26,382 nucleotides of DNA, from positions 1 through 26,382 of the IMG/VR virus record IMGVR_UViG_3300032225_001248; one strand, 5' to 3'. The DNA is from a virus (Duplodnaviria > Caudoviricetes). Both the position numbers and the translations under genes were made by a program. Under the pieces are notes generated by a model. It worked only from the letters and a program-made list of their open reading frames with translations, did not search any database and was not told the DNA's origin. Of the stretch, positions 15,773-24,343 are shown in pieces (the first letter of the stretch is position 1; each line of letters begins with the position of its first letter).

Positions 15773-16959
15773 TTTCTTACCTTCAATAAATTTTGCTTGG
15801 CAAATTCTGCACGATTAACTAACTTGGTTGGTTCATTTTCATGATGAACAACGAAACCTTCTGGTTTAGATTTTTTACCATTAATATGATGTTGGTAATT
15901 ACCTTCGTGTGTCTCTAATGAACCCACTAAATGATTTTTAGCTTGTTGTAAATGGTGGTGCATTGTTAACAAATTACCATAATGTTGTTTATTCTTTTCA
16001 ACATGAGCAATTTGTTTTTCACCTTCGGATGTTTTCTCAGTTTTGGATTTTTCTGTTTTAACTTTAGAAGCCATTTTTTCATGTACATCTTTTAGATGTT
16101 CTTTGAATCCTTTGACTGAAGGAACTTCATCATGTCTTACTGTTTTATTGATATAAGTTGATAAATGTCCTTGTTCACCTCCGTGAGATGGATGAACCGC
16201 ATCATACATTTTGTGACCATGTGTATCATGTATTTCTTTGGCTGCTGCCATGTGTTTCTGGAAACCATGTTCATTTGCAGATGAATGTTTTACTTTAGAT
16301 GTATCATGTTCTGCGCCGTGTATATGCACATCTGGATGTTCTTTGAAATTTTCGTGGTCAACATGTGGTGAGGCATGTTTCATATCATCACTGTATTTAC
16401 TGTGTACAACCACACCAACTTTAGATTTTTTTATCTTGTCCGCTTCTTTACCGTGGGCAGTATAGGTGATTGTATTTGGAGTAAATGAAACCTTATTCTT
16501 TTGAGCTTCGAATAAATGTTGTTCATTCAATGTCTTGGAATTTGCATGATGCATCAAGTCACCTTGATATACACCAGTCTTTGGTGTTACTTTTGGTAGG
16601 TGTTTCAATGCATGTTTCAGTGCATGAGCAAGACCTGGAGCGTGTCCATGGTTCTTGTCAATATCTTTTTCTGTGTGGTTAATCTTTGGATTTTTATTGA
16701 AAGCAGACTTAGTTGCAACAAAAAACTTACCATTCTTAGGATGATGACCAAAAACAATCGATGGAGAACCATCATATTTCATAGTCAAATTACTATTCTT
16801 GGTACCTGCCGTCATATGAGCATGTGCCTTCATCAATGCAGCATGAGCGTGTTCAAAACCAGCATGGCCGTGCATCAATGGACGGTCCTCGGCGTGGTGG
16901 ATGTGTTTAAGTTCTCCACCTTCGGATTCTTCCTTTAAAAAGGATTGAAATGTTAACAT
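15769..16959 (-). CDS. His-rich ATP-dependent ligase-like covalent nucleotidyltransferase (DUF6267-like by recall)
   Basis: MLTFQSFLKEE leader; motif I KYDG (K61), motif III-like YQGDL, motif IV PEGFVV, motif V-like TKLV. Confidence 0.7.
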   Translation of the reverse strand: MLTFQSFLKEESEGGELKHIHHAEDRPLMHGHAGFEHAHAALMKAHAHMTAGTKNSNLTMKYDGSPSIVFGHHPKNGKFFVATKSAFNKNPKINHTEKDIDKNHGHAPGLAHALKHALKHLPKVTPKTGVYQGDLMHHANSKTLNEQHLFEAQKNKVSFTPNTITYTAHGKEADKIKKSKVGVVVHSKYSDDMKHASPHVDHENFKEHPDVHIHGAEHDTSKVKHSSANEHGFQKHMAAAKEIHDTHGHKMYDAVHPSHGGEQGHLSTYINKTVRHDEVPSVKGFKEHLKDVHEKMASKVKTEKSKTEKTSEGEKQIAHVEKNKQHYGNLLTMHHHLQQAKNHLVGSLETHEGNYQHHINGKKSKPEGFVVHHENEPTKLVNRAEFAKQNLLKVRK

Positions 16960-17005
16960 AGATTTATACCCTTAGAAATGCAACACACTTTGGTTGCCTA
17001 TGGGT

Positions 17006-17013
17006 TATTTATA
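17006..17013 (-). promoter_or_regulatory. T4 late promoter
   Basis: Perfect TATAAATA, intergenic, about 47 nt upstream of the ATG at 16959. Confidence 0.85.
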
Positions 17014-17017
17014 AAGG

Positions 17018-17046
17018 ATTATACCACAGACCAACAAAAATGTGAA
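17018..17046 (-). promoter_or_regulatory. Sigma70-like early/middle promoter
   Basis: TTCACA (17046-17041), 17-nt spacer, TATAAT (17023-17018) with extended TGn. Confidence 0.7.
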
Positions 17047-17069
17047 TTGTTCGATCCGATATATAGTCG

Positions 17070-17747
17070 TCAATAATGTTCAATCTGGCCAGTTTCCGCT
17101 AACCACCCCCAACAATGAACCTTATCAAATTCAACCAAATATTCTTTTGGTATATTTACCCAATGAGCATGTTCAGTATCGAATTGATTTAATAGTGGTA
17201 CATTTTTCTGAATAACTTGTAAATAATTATCTATTAGTGATATACAGAAAGAGAACATTCTGGTAATAAGAAGGTGTGATGGTGTATTTGTATTCCTCCA
17301 GGTCGGAATTGCTTTTTTGAAGACATATTTACCAAATAGGTTATCATATTCTTTAATATCAAACGTGTCTTCCAACTCAGACCTTGCGGAGAATTTGAAG
17401 ATTCTTTTCACATTCTTCAGTAAATTATTCTGTTTCAATGCATGTAAGGTGTAAAATATTAATATATTTTCAGATTCACCTTTCATCCGATTCTCAGAAC
17501 ACCTTCTAACATCTGGTTGTTCACTCATGTCAATATAGGCATTACACAATTCAGCAATGGCTTGTTTTTCCAAATCAGATACCGGTCGTATTGATACATC
17601 TGAAAATACTATAATAGCTTCCGGTAGAATTTTACGAATAGATTTTAATGAAGCAATAGTCTGTGCAAACCTATCATCATCACTAAAAGAACCCATATTA
17701 GGTTTAAGTGAAGATGTAACTATGAATAAATTTTTATCAGGTATCAT
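17070..17747 (-). CDS. Hypothetical protein, putative glycosyltransferase-like
   Basis: IVTSS...RFAQT...GE...IFKFSAR pattern; last gene of the sugar cluster, overlapping the upstream gene by ATGA-type coupling. Function inferred from context. Confidence 0.55.
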   Translation of the reverse strand: MIPDKNLFIVTSSLKPNMGSFSDDDRFAQTIASLKSIRKILPEAIIVFSDVSIRPVSDLEKQAIAELCNAYIDMSEQPDVRRCSENRMKGESENILIFYTLHALKQNNLLKNVKRIFKFSARSELEDTFDIKEYDNLFGKYVFKKAIPTWRNTNTPSHLLITRMFSFCISLIDNYLQVIQKNVPLLNQFDTEHAHWVNIPKEYLVEFDKVHCWGWLAETGQIEHY

Positions 17748-18772
17748 AGAAAATCTCCTAAATTATCTGAATCACGTTTTAAATTGATAGCTGAAGCCCT
17801 AGGATAAGGATTAGCGTTATTGTAATCATTAATTAGAATACGATTTGAATTTTGTAATCCATCAATATAACCAAAACTCATAAATCCAAGTTCGTATAAC
17901 ATTTGTCTAGTTTCAGCACGAAATTGTGGTTCTCTTGCCGTAACAAAAAATATTTGAGCACCTAGGTCTTGTTGTTTCAGGAGTCTTTGTATATTCTCAG
18001 TCAATGGTTCATATGATTCACCACCTACCAGGTCCAATCTGGACTGTGCTTTGATGATTGTACCGTCAATATCACAGAAGATTACTGGTTTGTTGTTGTA
18101 TTCAAACCAATCTTGTGCTGTTCCAACATCGAAATAATTATTGACTTTCTTTTCGGAAAATATAATACCATCATTGATGCAGCGACCAATTACATCTGAA
18201 ACGAATAATTCACCTTGATGTGAGATTTGTTCGAATGTGTTCATATACAATGCAGCTGATTGGAATTTATAACCACCTACACAGAATGTATCGGACACCA
18301 CAGACTTTTCAATAATGTCTTTGATGATACCCTGTTCATTTGAAATGACAAAACTTTTGGATGATAATTTTTTTAATACTTCATGTTCGGATATTTTTGA
18401 AACACAAATATAATTATCAGCAGTATAATCATGCTCAAAGAAACTATCACAATCTTTAATCAATATGGATTCATCAAAATTAATTTCCATGTTTGATAAG
18501 ATTTGATATACTGTATCTGCTGGACCTTTGGTTGGATTATCCAAGATTACAATATTAAGTGTGTTACCAAATTCATGTTTCAAGAATTGACTGGCATTGT
18601 ATTTCTCATCATGTTCTTTTAGTATACCAATAGTTACTTTAATATTTTCACGTAAATATGGCCGGATAGCATTACCGACCATTAATTCGTGTTTGTAATC
18701 ATATAATAAGTATTTTGGTTTCATGCCAGGAAATCTGGTTGATAGTCCTGCGGCTGGTACAATTACTTCCAT
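17744..18772 (-). CDS. Sugar-phosphate nucleotidyltransferase fused to a HAD phosphatase
   Basis: N-terminal VPAAGLSTRF...PKYL, GPADT, DCD, DVGT; C-terminal IFCDIDGT, VTAR, LIND. Confidence 0.85.
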   Translation of the reverse strand: MEVIVPAAGLSTRFPGMKPKYLLYDYKHELMVGNAIRPYLRENIKVTIGILKEHDEKYNASQFLKHEFGNTLNIVILDNPTKGPADTVYQILSNMEINFDESILIKDCDSFFEHDYTADNYICVSKISEHEVLKKLSSKSFVISNEQGIIKDIIEKSVVSDTFCVGGYKFQSAALYMNTFEQISHQGELFVSDVIGRCINDGIIFSEKKVNNYFDVGTAQDWFEYNNKPVIFCDIDGTIIKAQSRLDLVGGESYEPLTENIQRLLKQQDLGAQIFFVTAREPQFRAETRQMLYELGFMSFGYIDGLQNSNRILINDYNNANPYPRASAINLKRDSDNLGDFL

Positions 18773-19506
18773 AATCTTTTAATCTCTTTCATAATAAATT
18801 CATAATCTTTATCACCTTTGGTTGTGTGTAGATACACCCTCAATAACATTAATATTAAAAGTGTATCATCAAAAGCATCGGGATAAAGCCTTTTTAATTT
18901 GTCTTGTATATTTTGTAATTTGATATCAAGTCGAATGTTTGTGTTTCTTAGAAACCATTTACATTCAAGGTCTTGTCTGAGTTTTGCAATGTCAAATATA
19001 TAAGAATCATATTCTATTGTAACTGCATCAATCATATAAAATCCATTATCTTTATGTATAATGTTTTCCAATGTCAAATCACCATGGTACATTGATTGTG
19101 GTAACAATCTAGGTAATCTATTCAGTAATTCTTTTTTGGTGAATGGTAAATCTGTGTTGCTGTCCATCCATTCCAATTTCTTTGAATACACATCATAATA
19201 ATCTTTGTATGTTGATGTATCACCAAAAGAATCGATAATATCTTCAATAAAATTTGTCAATTGACTTGTACCATTGTGTTTCAAATATGTTTTCATATCC
19301 AAACCATGTATATACTGCATATTCAGTATATTATCTCCACAATTGTATATTTCAGGAACAGGATAACCTCTTTCAAATAATTCAGTCAATCTTTCGAAAT
19401 TTCGTTCTACGTTATTTATTTTTTTAACGTACAAACCATTCTCGTTTTCCATCAGATATATTTGACTACCAGAATGTCCTGTTAATTCTTTTATGAGTTT
19501 TTCCAT
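18763..19506 (-). CDS. APH/choline-kinase-like phosphotransferase
   Basis: GHSGS Gly loop, VKK, HGDLTLEN catalytic loop, MIDA, DIAKLRQD. Confidence 0.85.
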   Translation of the reverse strand: MEKLIKELTGHSGSQIYLMENENGLYVKKINNVERNFERLTELFERGYPVPEIYNCGDNILNMQYIHGLDMKTYLKHNGTSQLTNFIEDIIDSFGDTSTYKDYYDVYSKKLEWMDSNTDLPFTKKELLNRLPRLLPQSMYHGDLTLENIIHKDNGFYMIDAVTIEYDSYIFDIAKLRQDLECKWFLRNTNIRLDIKLQNIQDKLKRLYPDAFDDTLLILMLLRVYLHTTKGDKDYEFIMKEIKRLWK

Positions 19507-20177
19507 CGTTCAATATCATCACGAATCAGAGAATGCCATGTTCCGTTGTAATTGCCGGGAGGAAATGGATTATTCATATCAACATAAACAAGTTGTTCGC
19601 CGTGTAAGCCATGCTGAAGTAAATTTTCACGCATCATGTCTTCGCCAATAAATTGAACACCAAATGTATAATGTCTATCTATTTCATTATAGGTTGACAT
19701 ATATTTCATCATATTTTCTTGTGAACTAAAAGCAAACTGGTCGTTACCAAAGTTTCTTTCAGGTACCATTCTACAGTTTGGTATATACAACTTGGTATTA
19801 TCAAATTCCTCAAATGGAATTTTTAAATTCAAAGCATAATCAGTACGTGATTTGATAACCCAATCGTATTGTACTTGGGAAGATTCCAACAATTGACTGG
19901 ACTGATACATCGAATACAACATAGAATGAGTAAATCTCGGAGGATGTTTCTCCGGATTTGGACTATTTTTGTAGATATTATCGAAATCACCAACGATTGG
20001 TTCGTCAGATTTAAAAACTTTTGGATTATATAAACTATTTAATTTATCTTCTTCGTCAAATTTCCATGTGTGAATATAAACATCCACATCATAATGATCC
20101 AATAAATTACGTTTGTAGTATTCATAACCCTTTTCAAAGGATCTGGCTTGTCCGGAAAAACATAGTGCTATTTTCAT
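19491..20177 (-). CDS. Putative glycosyltransferase-like protein
   Basis: KIALCFSGQARS, DVYIHTW, SMLYS, KSRTD, NDQFAF pattern seen in polysaccharide loci. Confidence 0.65.
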   Translation of the reverse strand: MKIALCFSGQARSFEKGYEYYKRNLLDHYDVDVYIHTWKFDEEDKLNSLYNPKVFKSDEPIVGDFDNIYKNSPNPEKHPPRFTHSMLYSMYQSSQLLESSQVQYDWVIKSRTDYALNLKIPFEEFDNTKLYIPNCRMVPERNFGNDQFAFSSQENMMKYMSTYNEIDRHYTFGVQFIGEDMMRENLLQHGLHGEQLVYVDMNNPFPPGNYNGTWHSLIRDDIERWKNS

Positions 20178-20884
20178 CTTATCCTCACAGGAATATTTAA
20201 AATTTGATATGGTGTCTTTGTCATAATAAAATGCCTCAATAACATCATATGTGGATTATAACTATGATATTTATGTACATTTATATTGTTTTCACCATAT
20301 TTGTGTACGTGTCTCAACCAATCTTCAAACTCAGGTTCAAATTGTGTTGATAACAATCTTTCATACTCATCAAAAACAAAATAGTTATTTGCTAGATTGA
20401 AAGGCATGATTGCAAATATATCCGACATTAGGTTGTAACATTCGGCTTCCGGTGTTATTAATGAATCAACGTTTTCAAATTTAAAAACTTCATCAAATAT
20501 AATATCATACCTAGAATAAACCAAAACATCATATTCATCTTTGATTAAATTAAATGCAGACCTTCTCGCATAGTGCATAGAAGCTATATTTGCGATAGGA
20601 TCATTAATAACCAATTCTGTTTTTGGATTATTATCTCTTATCCTTTTTTCCATATCCTGAAATCTTTGATGATAATCATCCGTAGACTCATTCAGTATAC
20701 GATTTTCTTGTACACCCAATTTTTCAATTACTGATTTTAATTGTCTTTCACTTTCTTGTGCATCTTTATCTTTCCAGAGATGACAATAAACATCCAATTT
20801 ATTTGAATCAATAAATCTTTTAATATTTTCCCACATTGAGTCAAAATTTCTATAATGACCAGAGAGAATTATACATTGTTTCAT
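20174..20884 (-). CDS. Putative glycosyltransferase-like protein, paralog of the downstream gene
   Basis: CIILSGHYR, DVYCHLW, SMHYA, YSRYD, SDIFA; start moved from 20899 to the ATG at 20884, which forms an ATGA overlap with the upstream stop. Confidence 0.65.
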   Translation of the reverse strand: MKQCIILSGHYRNFDSMWENIKRFIDSNKLDVYCHLWKDKDAQESERQLKSVIEKLGVQENRILNESTDDYHQRFQDMEKRIRDNNPKTELVINDPIANIASMHYARRSAFNLIKDEYDVLVYSRYDIIFDEVFKFENVDSLITPEAECYNLMSDIFAIMPFNLANNYFVFDEYERLLSTQFEPEFEDWLRHVHKYGENNINVHKYHSYNPHMMLLRHFIMTKTPYQILNIPVRIR

Positions 20885-21453
20885 TTGTACCAATACCAAA
20901 CATCACATTCTGTGGTTAATATTTGCTTATCAACTTTGGCAGCAAATTCTTTGACTGCACGATTTACACCTGTGATTGCTGTATAATCGTGACCAGAAAA
21001 AATACCACCAGGTTTTAGTTTAGAATAATAATTCAAACAATCTTTAGTTAATTGGTCATATGTATGAAGACCATCAATAAAAATAAAATCAAAACATTCT
21101 TCTTCAAATTCGTTAACTGCATCATCTGAAGTTGTTCTCATGTGCAGAAATCTATTTGAGTAACCCTTCAATCTATTCGTCATTCTGTTATAGATTTCTT
21201 CACGTTCATTTAGATTGGCACCATTCCAATCAACATAATTCATGTAAGGATCAATTGAAGTTAGATGTAATGTTGGATTAGAATCTAACAAAAAATTACT
21301 GGTATCACCAATGTCACATCCAATTTCAAGACCAATTGGATCTTCCATGTCACAAATCAATTCACCCAAACCATAACCCGAACACTTGAAAACAGGAACT
21401 GATTGCCCAAAAGCCTGTGTCTCAGTATTAAATGTAATTATTTCACTCATCAT
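20881..21453 (-). CDS. Class I SAM-dependent methyltransferase (Methyltransf_24-like)
   Basis: GLEIG, SIDPY, FIFIDGLHTY, LKPGGIFSGHDY. Confidence 0.88.
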   Translation of the reverse strand: MMSEIITFNTETQAFGQSVPVFKCSGYGLGELICDMEDPIGLEIGCDIGDTSNFLLDSNPTLHLTSIDPYMNYVDWNGANLNEREEIYNRMTNRLKGYSNRFLHMRTTSDDAVNEFEEECFDFIFIDGLHTYDQLTKDCLNYYSKLKPGGIFSGHDYTAITGVNRAVKEFAAKVDKQILTTECDVWYWYK

Positions 21454-22463
21454 TTTTCTCCATTAATGTACCATTGTACTAATTGTTTTATTCTATCTTT
21501 AGTTGAAATTTTTGGTTCCCAACCTAAAGACTTCATATATTCACCTGAAATCAGATACCTAAAATCGTGTCCTGGTCTTTCTATATTCGGATCAGTCAAC
21601 TCATATTTTAGTTCTTTGTTCATGGCTTCCGAAACCAACTGAGCAATTTCCAAATTGTTTAATTCAACATTACTTGATATATTAAATTTTGGACATTTTC
21701 CACCACGATGATTTTCTGGAAATTCAACGTTATTGAGTTTAAGTAAAAACAATAAAGCGTCAGCCACATCTTGTGCATGTAGATAACATCTACTGCCGAT
21801 ATAATTTGTTTTTGTGTTGATATGTATCGTTAGTGTTTCATCATTCTTTATTTTTTCCATACACATTGCGATGTATTTTTCTGGATTTTGTCTCTCACCA
21901 TAAATGTTCATCGTATGAGTTACATATAATGGTAATTTATAGGTGTTTTGATATGCAACACACAATTCTTCTGATGCAGCCTTAGAAGCAGAATATGGAT
22001 TCGATGCATTATATCTATCATATTCAGTAAAAGGAATTTCTCCGATTGAAGGTCCAAATACTTCATCGGTTGAAAAATAAATCATTCTTTCCAAATTTGG
22101 AAGAATTCTAGCATACTCCAATAAATTGGCTGTACCTATAATGTTTGAATTTATAAATTCTAGGGGATATTTTATAGACCTTGTTACATGTGATGCTGCA
22201 GCTAGGTGTAGAATGATATTAACATCACCTAATTGGTCTACTAGTTGTTGATTAAATTCAGCACGTAAATCATGATAAACGACTTTAACTCTTTTTTTAT
22301 TTTCATCAGAATGTGATTTTAATATTTCATTTATACGATTTAGATTACCAGAGAAATCTAGTCTATCTAAACTGATAATATCATAATCAGTATTTTTTAA
22401 AAAATAATCTATAACGTGGTGCCCAACAAAGCCAGCACCACCGGTCAATAACAACTTTTTCAT
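21450..22463 (-). CDS. rmlB: NDP-glucose 4,6-dehydratase (RmlB-like extended SDR)
   Basis: TGGAGFVG, HLAAASHV.RS, STDEVFG, YSASK, RPGHDFRY. Confidence 0.88.
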   Translation of the reverse strand: MKKLLLTGGAGFVGHHVIDYFLKNTDYDIISLDRLDFSGNLNRINEILKSHSDENKKRVKVVYHDLRAEFNQQLVDQLGDVNIILHLAAASHVTRSIKYPLEFINSNIIGTANLLEYARILPNLERMIYFSTDEVFGPSIGEIPFTEYDRYNASNPYSASKAASEELCVAYQNTYKLPLYVTHTMNIYGERQNPEKYIAMCMEKIKNDETLTIHINTKTNYIGSRCYLHAQDVADALLFLLKLNNVEFPENHRGGKCPKFNISSNVELNNLEIAQLVSEAMNKELKYELTDPNIERPGHDFRYLISGEYMKSLGWEPKISTKDRIKQLVQWYINGEK

Positions 22464-22476
22464 ACCAAAATCACCT

Positions 22477-23331
22477 TTATGTTCTATAAATGAAATAATT
22501 ACTCATATCTTCTTGTTGATACTTTTTCTGTATATATTCTTTCCATTCTGGTACCCTATCGTATTGATGAACAATATAGAAAGGTTTACCTTTAGAAGTA
22601 TATACAATGTTATCTTTATATATTGGCTCTGGTTCCAGAAGTTTAGGTCTGAAGTCGTGCATCTTTCTAGGATCAGCAACCGTACCTGCATGACAAGCCC
22701 ATGCGTCTCCTTGTTTTGCATACAATACAACATCTTTATATGGATGAGTTTGCATCAACAAATTAAATGTACCTTGGTCCAAAGCAGCAGGTACTCTTAA
22801 TGCCAGTAAATAATTGTGTAAGAATAAGTCAGCCAAATATTCTGGTTTTCCAGCTAAAACACCAACACAATAAATTTCACAATCTTTGAACTGTTCATAA
22901 ACATATGGACCAAATGTATCCATCAAGTTCTGGTTACCCCAAGCTTCATCTTTGTATATCAAAGCTTCTGAACCTGCAACAATCTTTTTGTCACCCAAAT
23001 TCTCATCCAACCATTCAAAAGGATTACCTTGAAAATACACATCCTTTAAATCGGTCATAACTACATTGTTGTACTTATGTCCATTTTTCTTTAGGAAATC
23101 ATATACATTAATCCATCTTGGTATATGTGGTGGTAGATTTTTTATATGTTCCATCGGAACAACAATAAAACCTTTATTTGTTAAAATATCTACTGTTTCT
23201 TGTGTCGTATTACCAGCAATCATTACCTTCTCTGCATCAGGCATAAACTCAAGGACAGATTCTACCCAAGGTTTTAAATGATTGTAGTTATAGTTTGTGA
23301 AACCACCAATGATTAAATCTTTTTTCTCCAT
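22477..23331 (-). CDS. GT-A fold glycosyltransferase-like protein
   Basis: MTDLKDVYFQGNPF, DQGTFN, IVHQYDR motifs. Confidence 0.7.
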   Translation of the reverse strand: MEKKDLIIGGFTNYNYNHLKPWVESVLEFMPDAEKVMIAGNTTQETVDILTNKGFIVVPMEHIKNLPPHIPRWINVYDFLKKNGHKYNNVVMTDLKDVYFQGNPFEWLDENLGDKKIVAGSEALIYKDEAWGNQNLMDTFGPYVYEQFKDCEIYCVGVLAGKPEYLADLFLHNYLLALRVPAALDQGTFNLLMQTHPYKDVVLYAKQGDAWACHAGTVADPRKMHDFRPKLLEPEPIYKDNIVYTSKGKPFYIVHQYDRVPEWKEYIQKKYQQEDMSNYFIYRT

Positions 23332-24026
23332 GGGAAAACTCCATTATATTTTTCATTCATAATTCTATTGCCGTGATAAAAGAATTCTGGTTTAACAGAA
23401 CCTTCATTTCCAGCAACACGATAATTTACTGTATATTGACCTGTACAGTTATAATTAGGTAGGTTCTGTGATAACACATTAAACCAGACTCTATCTTGTC
23501 CCCAACCACCATGCCACACAGACGCTAGTCTAATTGCATGTTCTGTTTTAAGACAATAACAATTAGTATCTATGTGACTATAATCACCAGAAAATACTGG
23601 CCATCTTCCTAAAGATTCGCAATCATCTTTACATAGAAAATTTCCATCTTTATCGGTTATGTTCCGTAAAGAATATGACCAATCCTTCTTATCGATTTCA
23701 ATCTTCTCAATACAAGATTGTACATGGTTTGGTTCTAACCAACAATCTTGGTCCAGATAAAGAACGTAATCGGTATCAATTAAATGTGTGAAAGCGGCAT
23801 AAACACGATGTCCATAGAATCCATTAGCACCAACATTCAAAGGCAAATAACATTTTTCTATATGTTTGGCAGAAAAATCATCAACAATCATTCTTGTTTT
23901 AGAATGATTTTTTAAACCATCCGATACGACATAACAGGTTGTTGGATAAGTTTGTTTCAATACAGAATCAATGGCTTTACGCAAGTCTGGAGAACCAGTA
24001 GTTGGTATAATCACAGTAGCACTCAT
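23313..24026 (-). CDS. Family 2 glycosyltransferase
   Basis: VIIPT, AIDSVLKQTY, VVSDG, YLDQD (DxD), GQDR. Confidence 0.88.
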   Translation of the reverse strand: MSATVIIPTTGSPDLRKAIDSVLKQTYPTTCYVVSDGLKNHSKTRMIVDDFSAKHIEKCYLPLNVGANGFYGHRVYAAFTHLIDTDYVLYLDQDCWLEPNHVQSCIEKIEIDKKDWSYSLRNITDKDGNFLCKDDCESLGRWPVFSGDYSHIDTNCYCLKTEHAIRLASVWHGGWGQDRVWFNVLSQNLPNYNCTGQYTVNYRVAGNEGSVKPEFFYHGNRIMNEKYNGVFPWRKKI

Positions 24027-24031
24027 AATAA

Positions 24032-24340
24032 TTATCCTCTAGTTAATTTCAATATTTGTTCTATTTGTTTTTCGATTGTTGGTTTACGATTAGGCCAATA
24101 GATATATTCTTTATCGCCTGTACTATGTAGTTTCTGTAGGAATGGAACAATAATCTTTTCTAATTGTAATAATTGATTCCTGTATTGGTCAGCAGTTAAT
24201 GATGATGCTTCATACTCGGCGTCTTTTGCAGCCTTGTTGATTGCTGCATTGTATTCTTCTTCAGATACAGCAGAGAAACCAAAATCATTATCTGTATTAT
24301 GGTATTCTTTTAAAATTTTATCAAAATCTGATAGTGGCAT
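24032..24340 (-). CDS. Hypothetical protein
   Basis: 102-aa ORF with DFGFSAV...KEYIYWPNR, tightly packed between neighbours. Confidence 0.7.
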   Translation of the reverse strand: MPLSDFDKILKEYHNTDNDFGFSAVSEEEYNAAINKAAKDAEYEASSLTADQYRNQLLQLEKIIVPFLQKLHSTGDKEYIYWPNRKPTIEKQIEQILKLTRG

Positions 24341-24343
24341 AAT

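Noticed and set aside
16960-17069. tRNA or ncRNA in the largest intergenic gap
   Set aside because: The 110 nt are accounted for by two promoters and a short stem; no cloverleaf or T-loop motif is visible.
3281-22733. Other same-strand nested ORFs (3281-3529, 7313-7495, 7802-8029, 11281-11502, 13825-14019, 22503-22733)
   Set aside because: Unlike 12910-13179, I saw no combined promoter/SD signal or coherent protein architecture; they look like ordinary +1 frame shadows.
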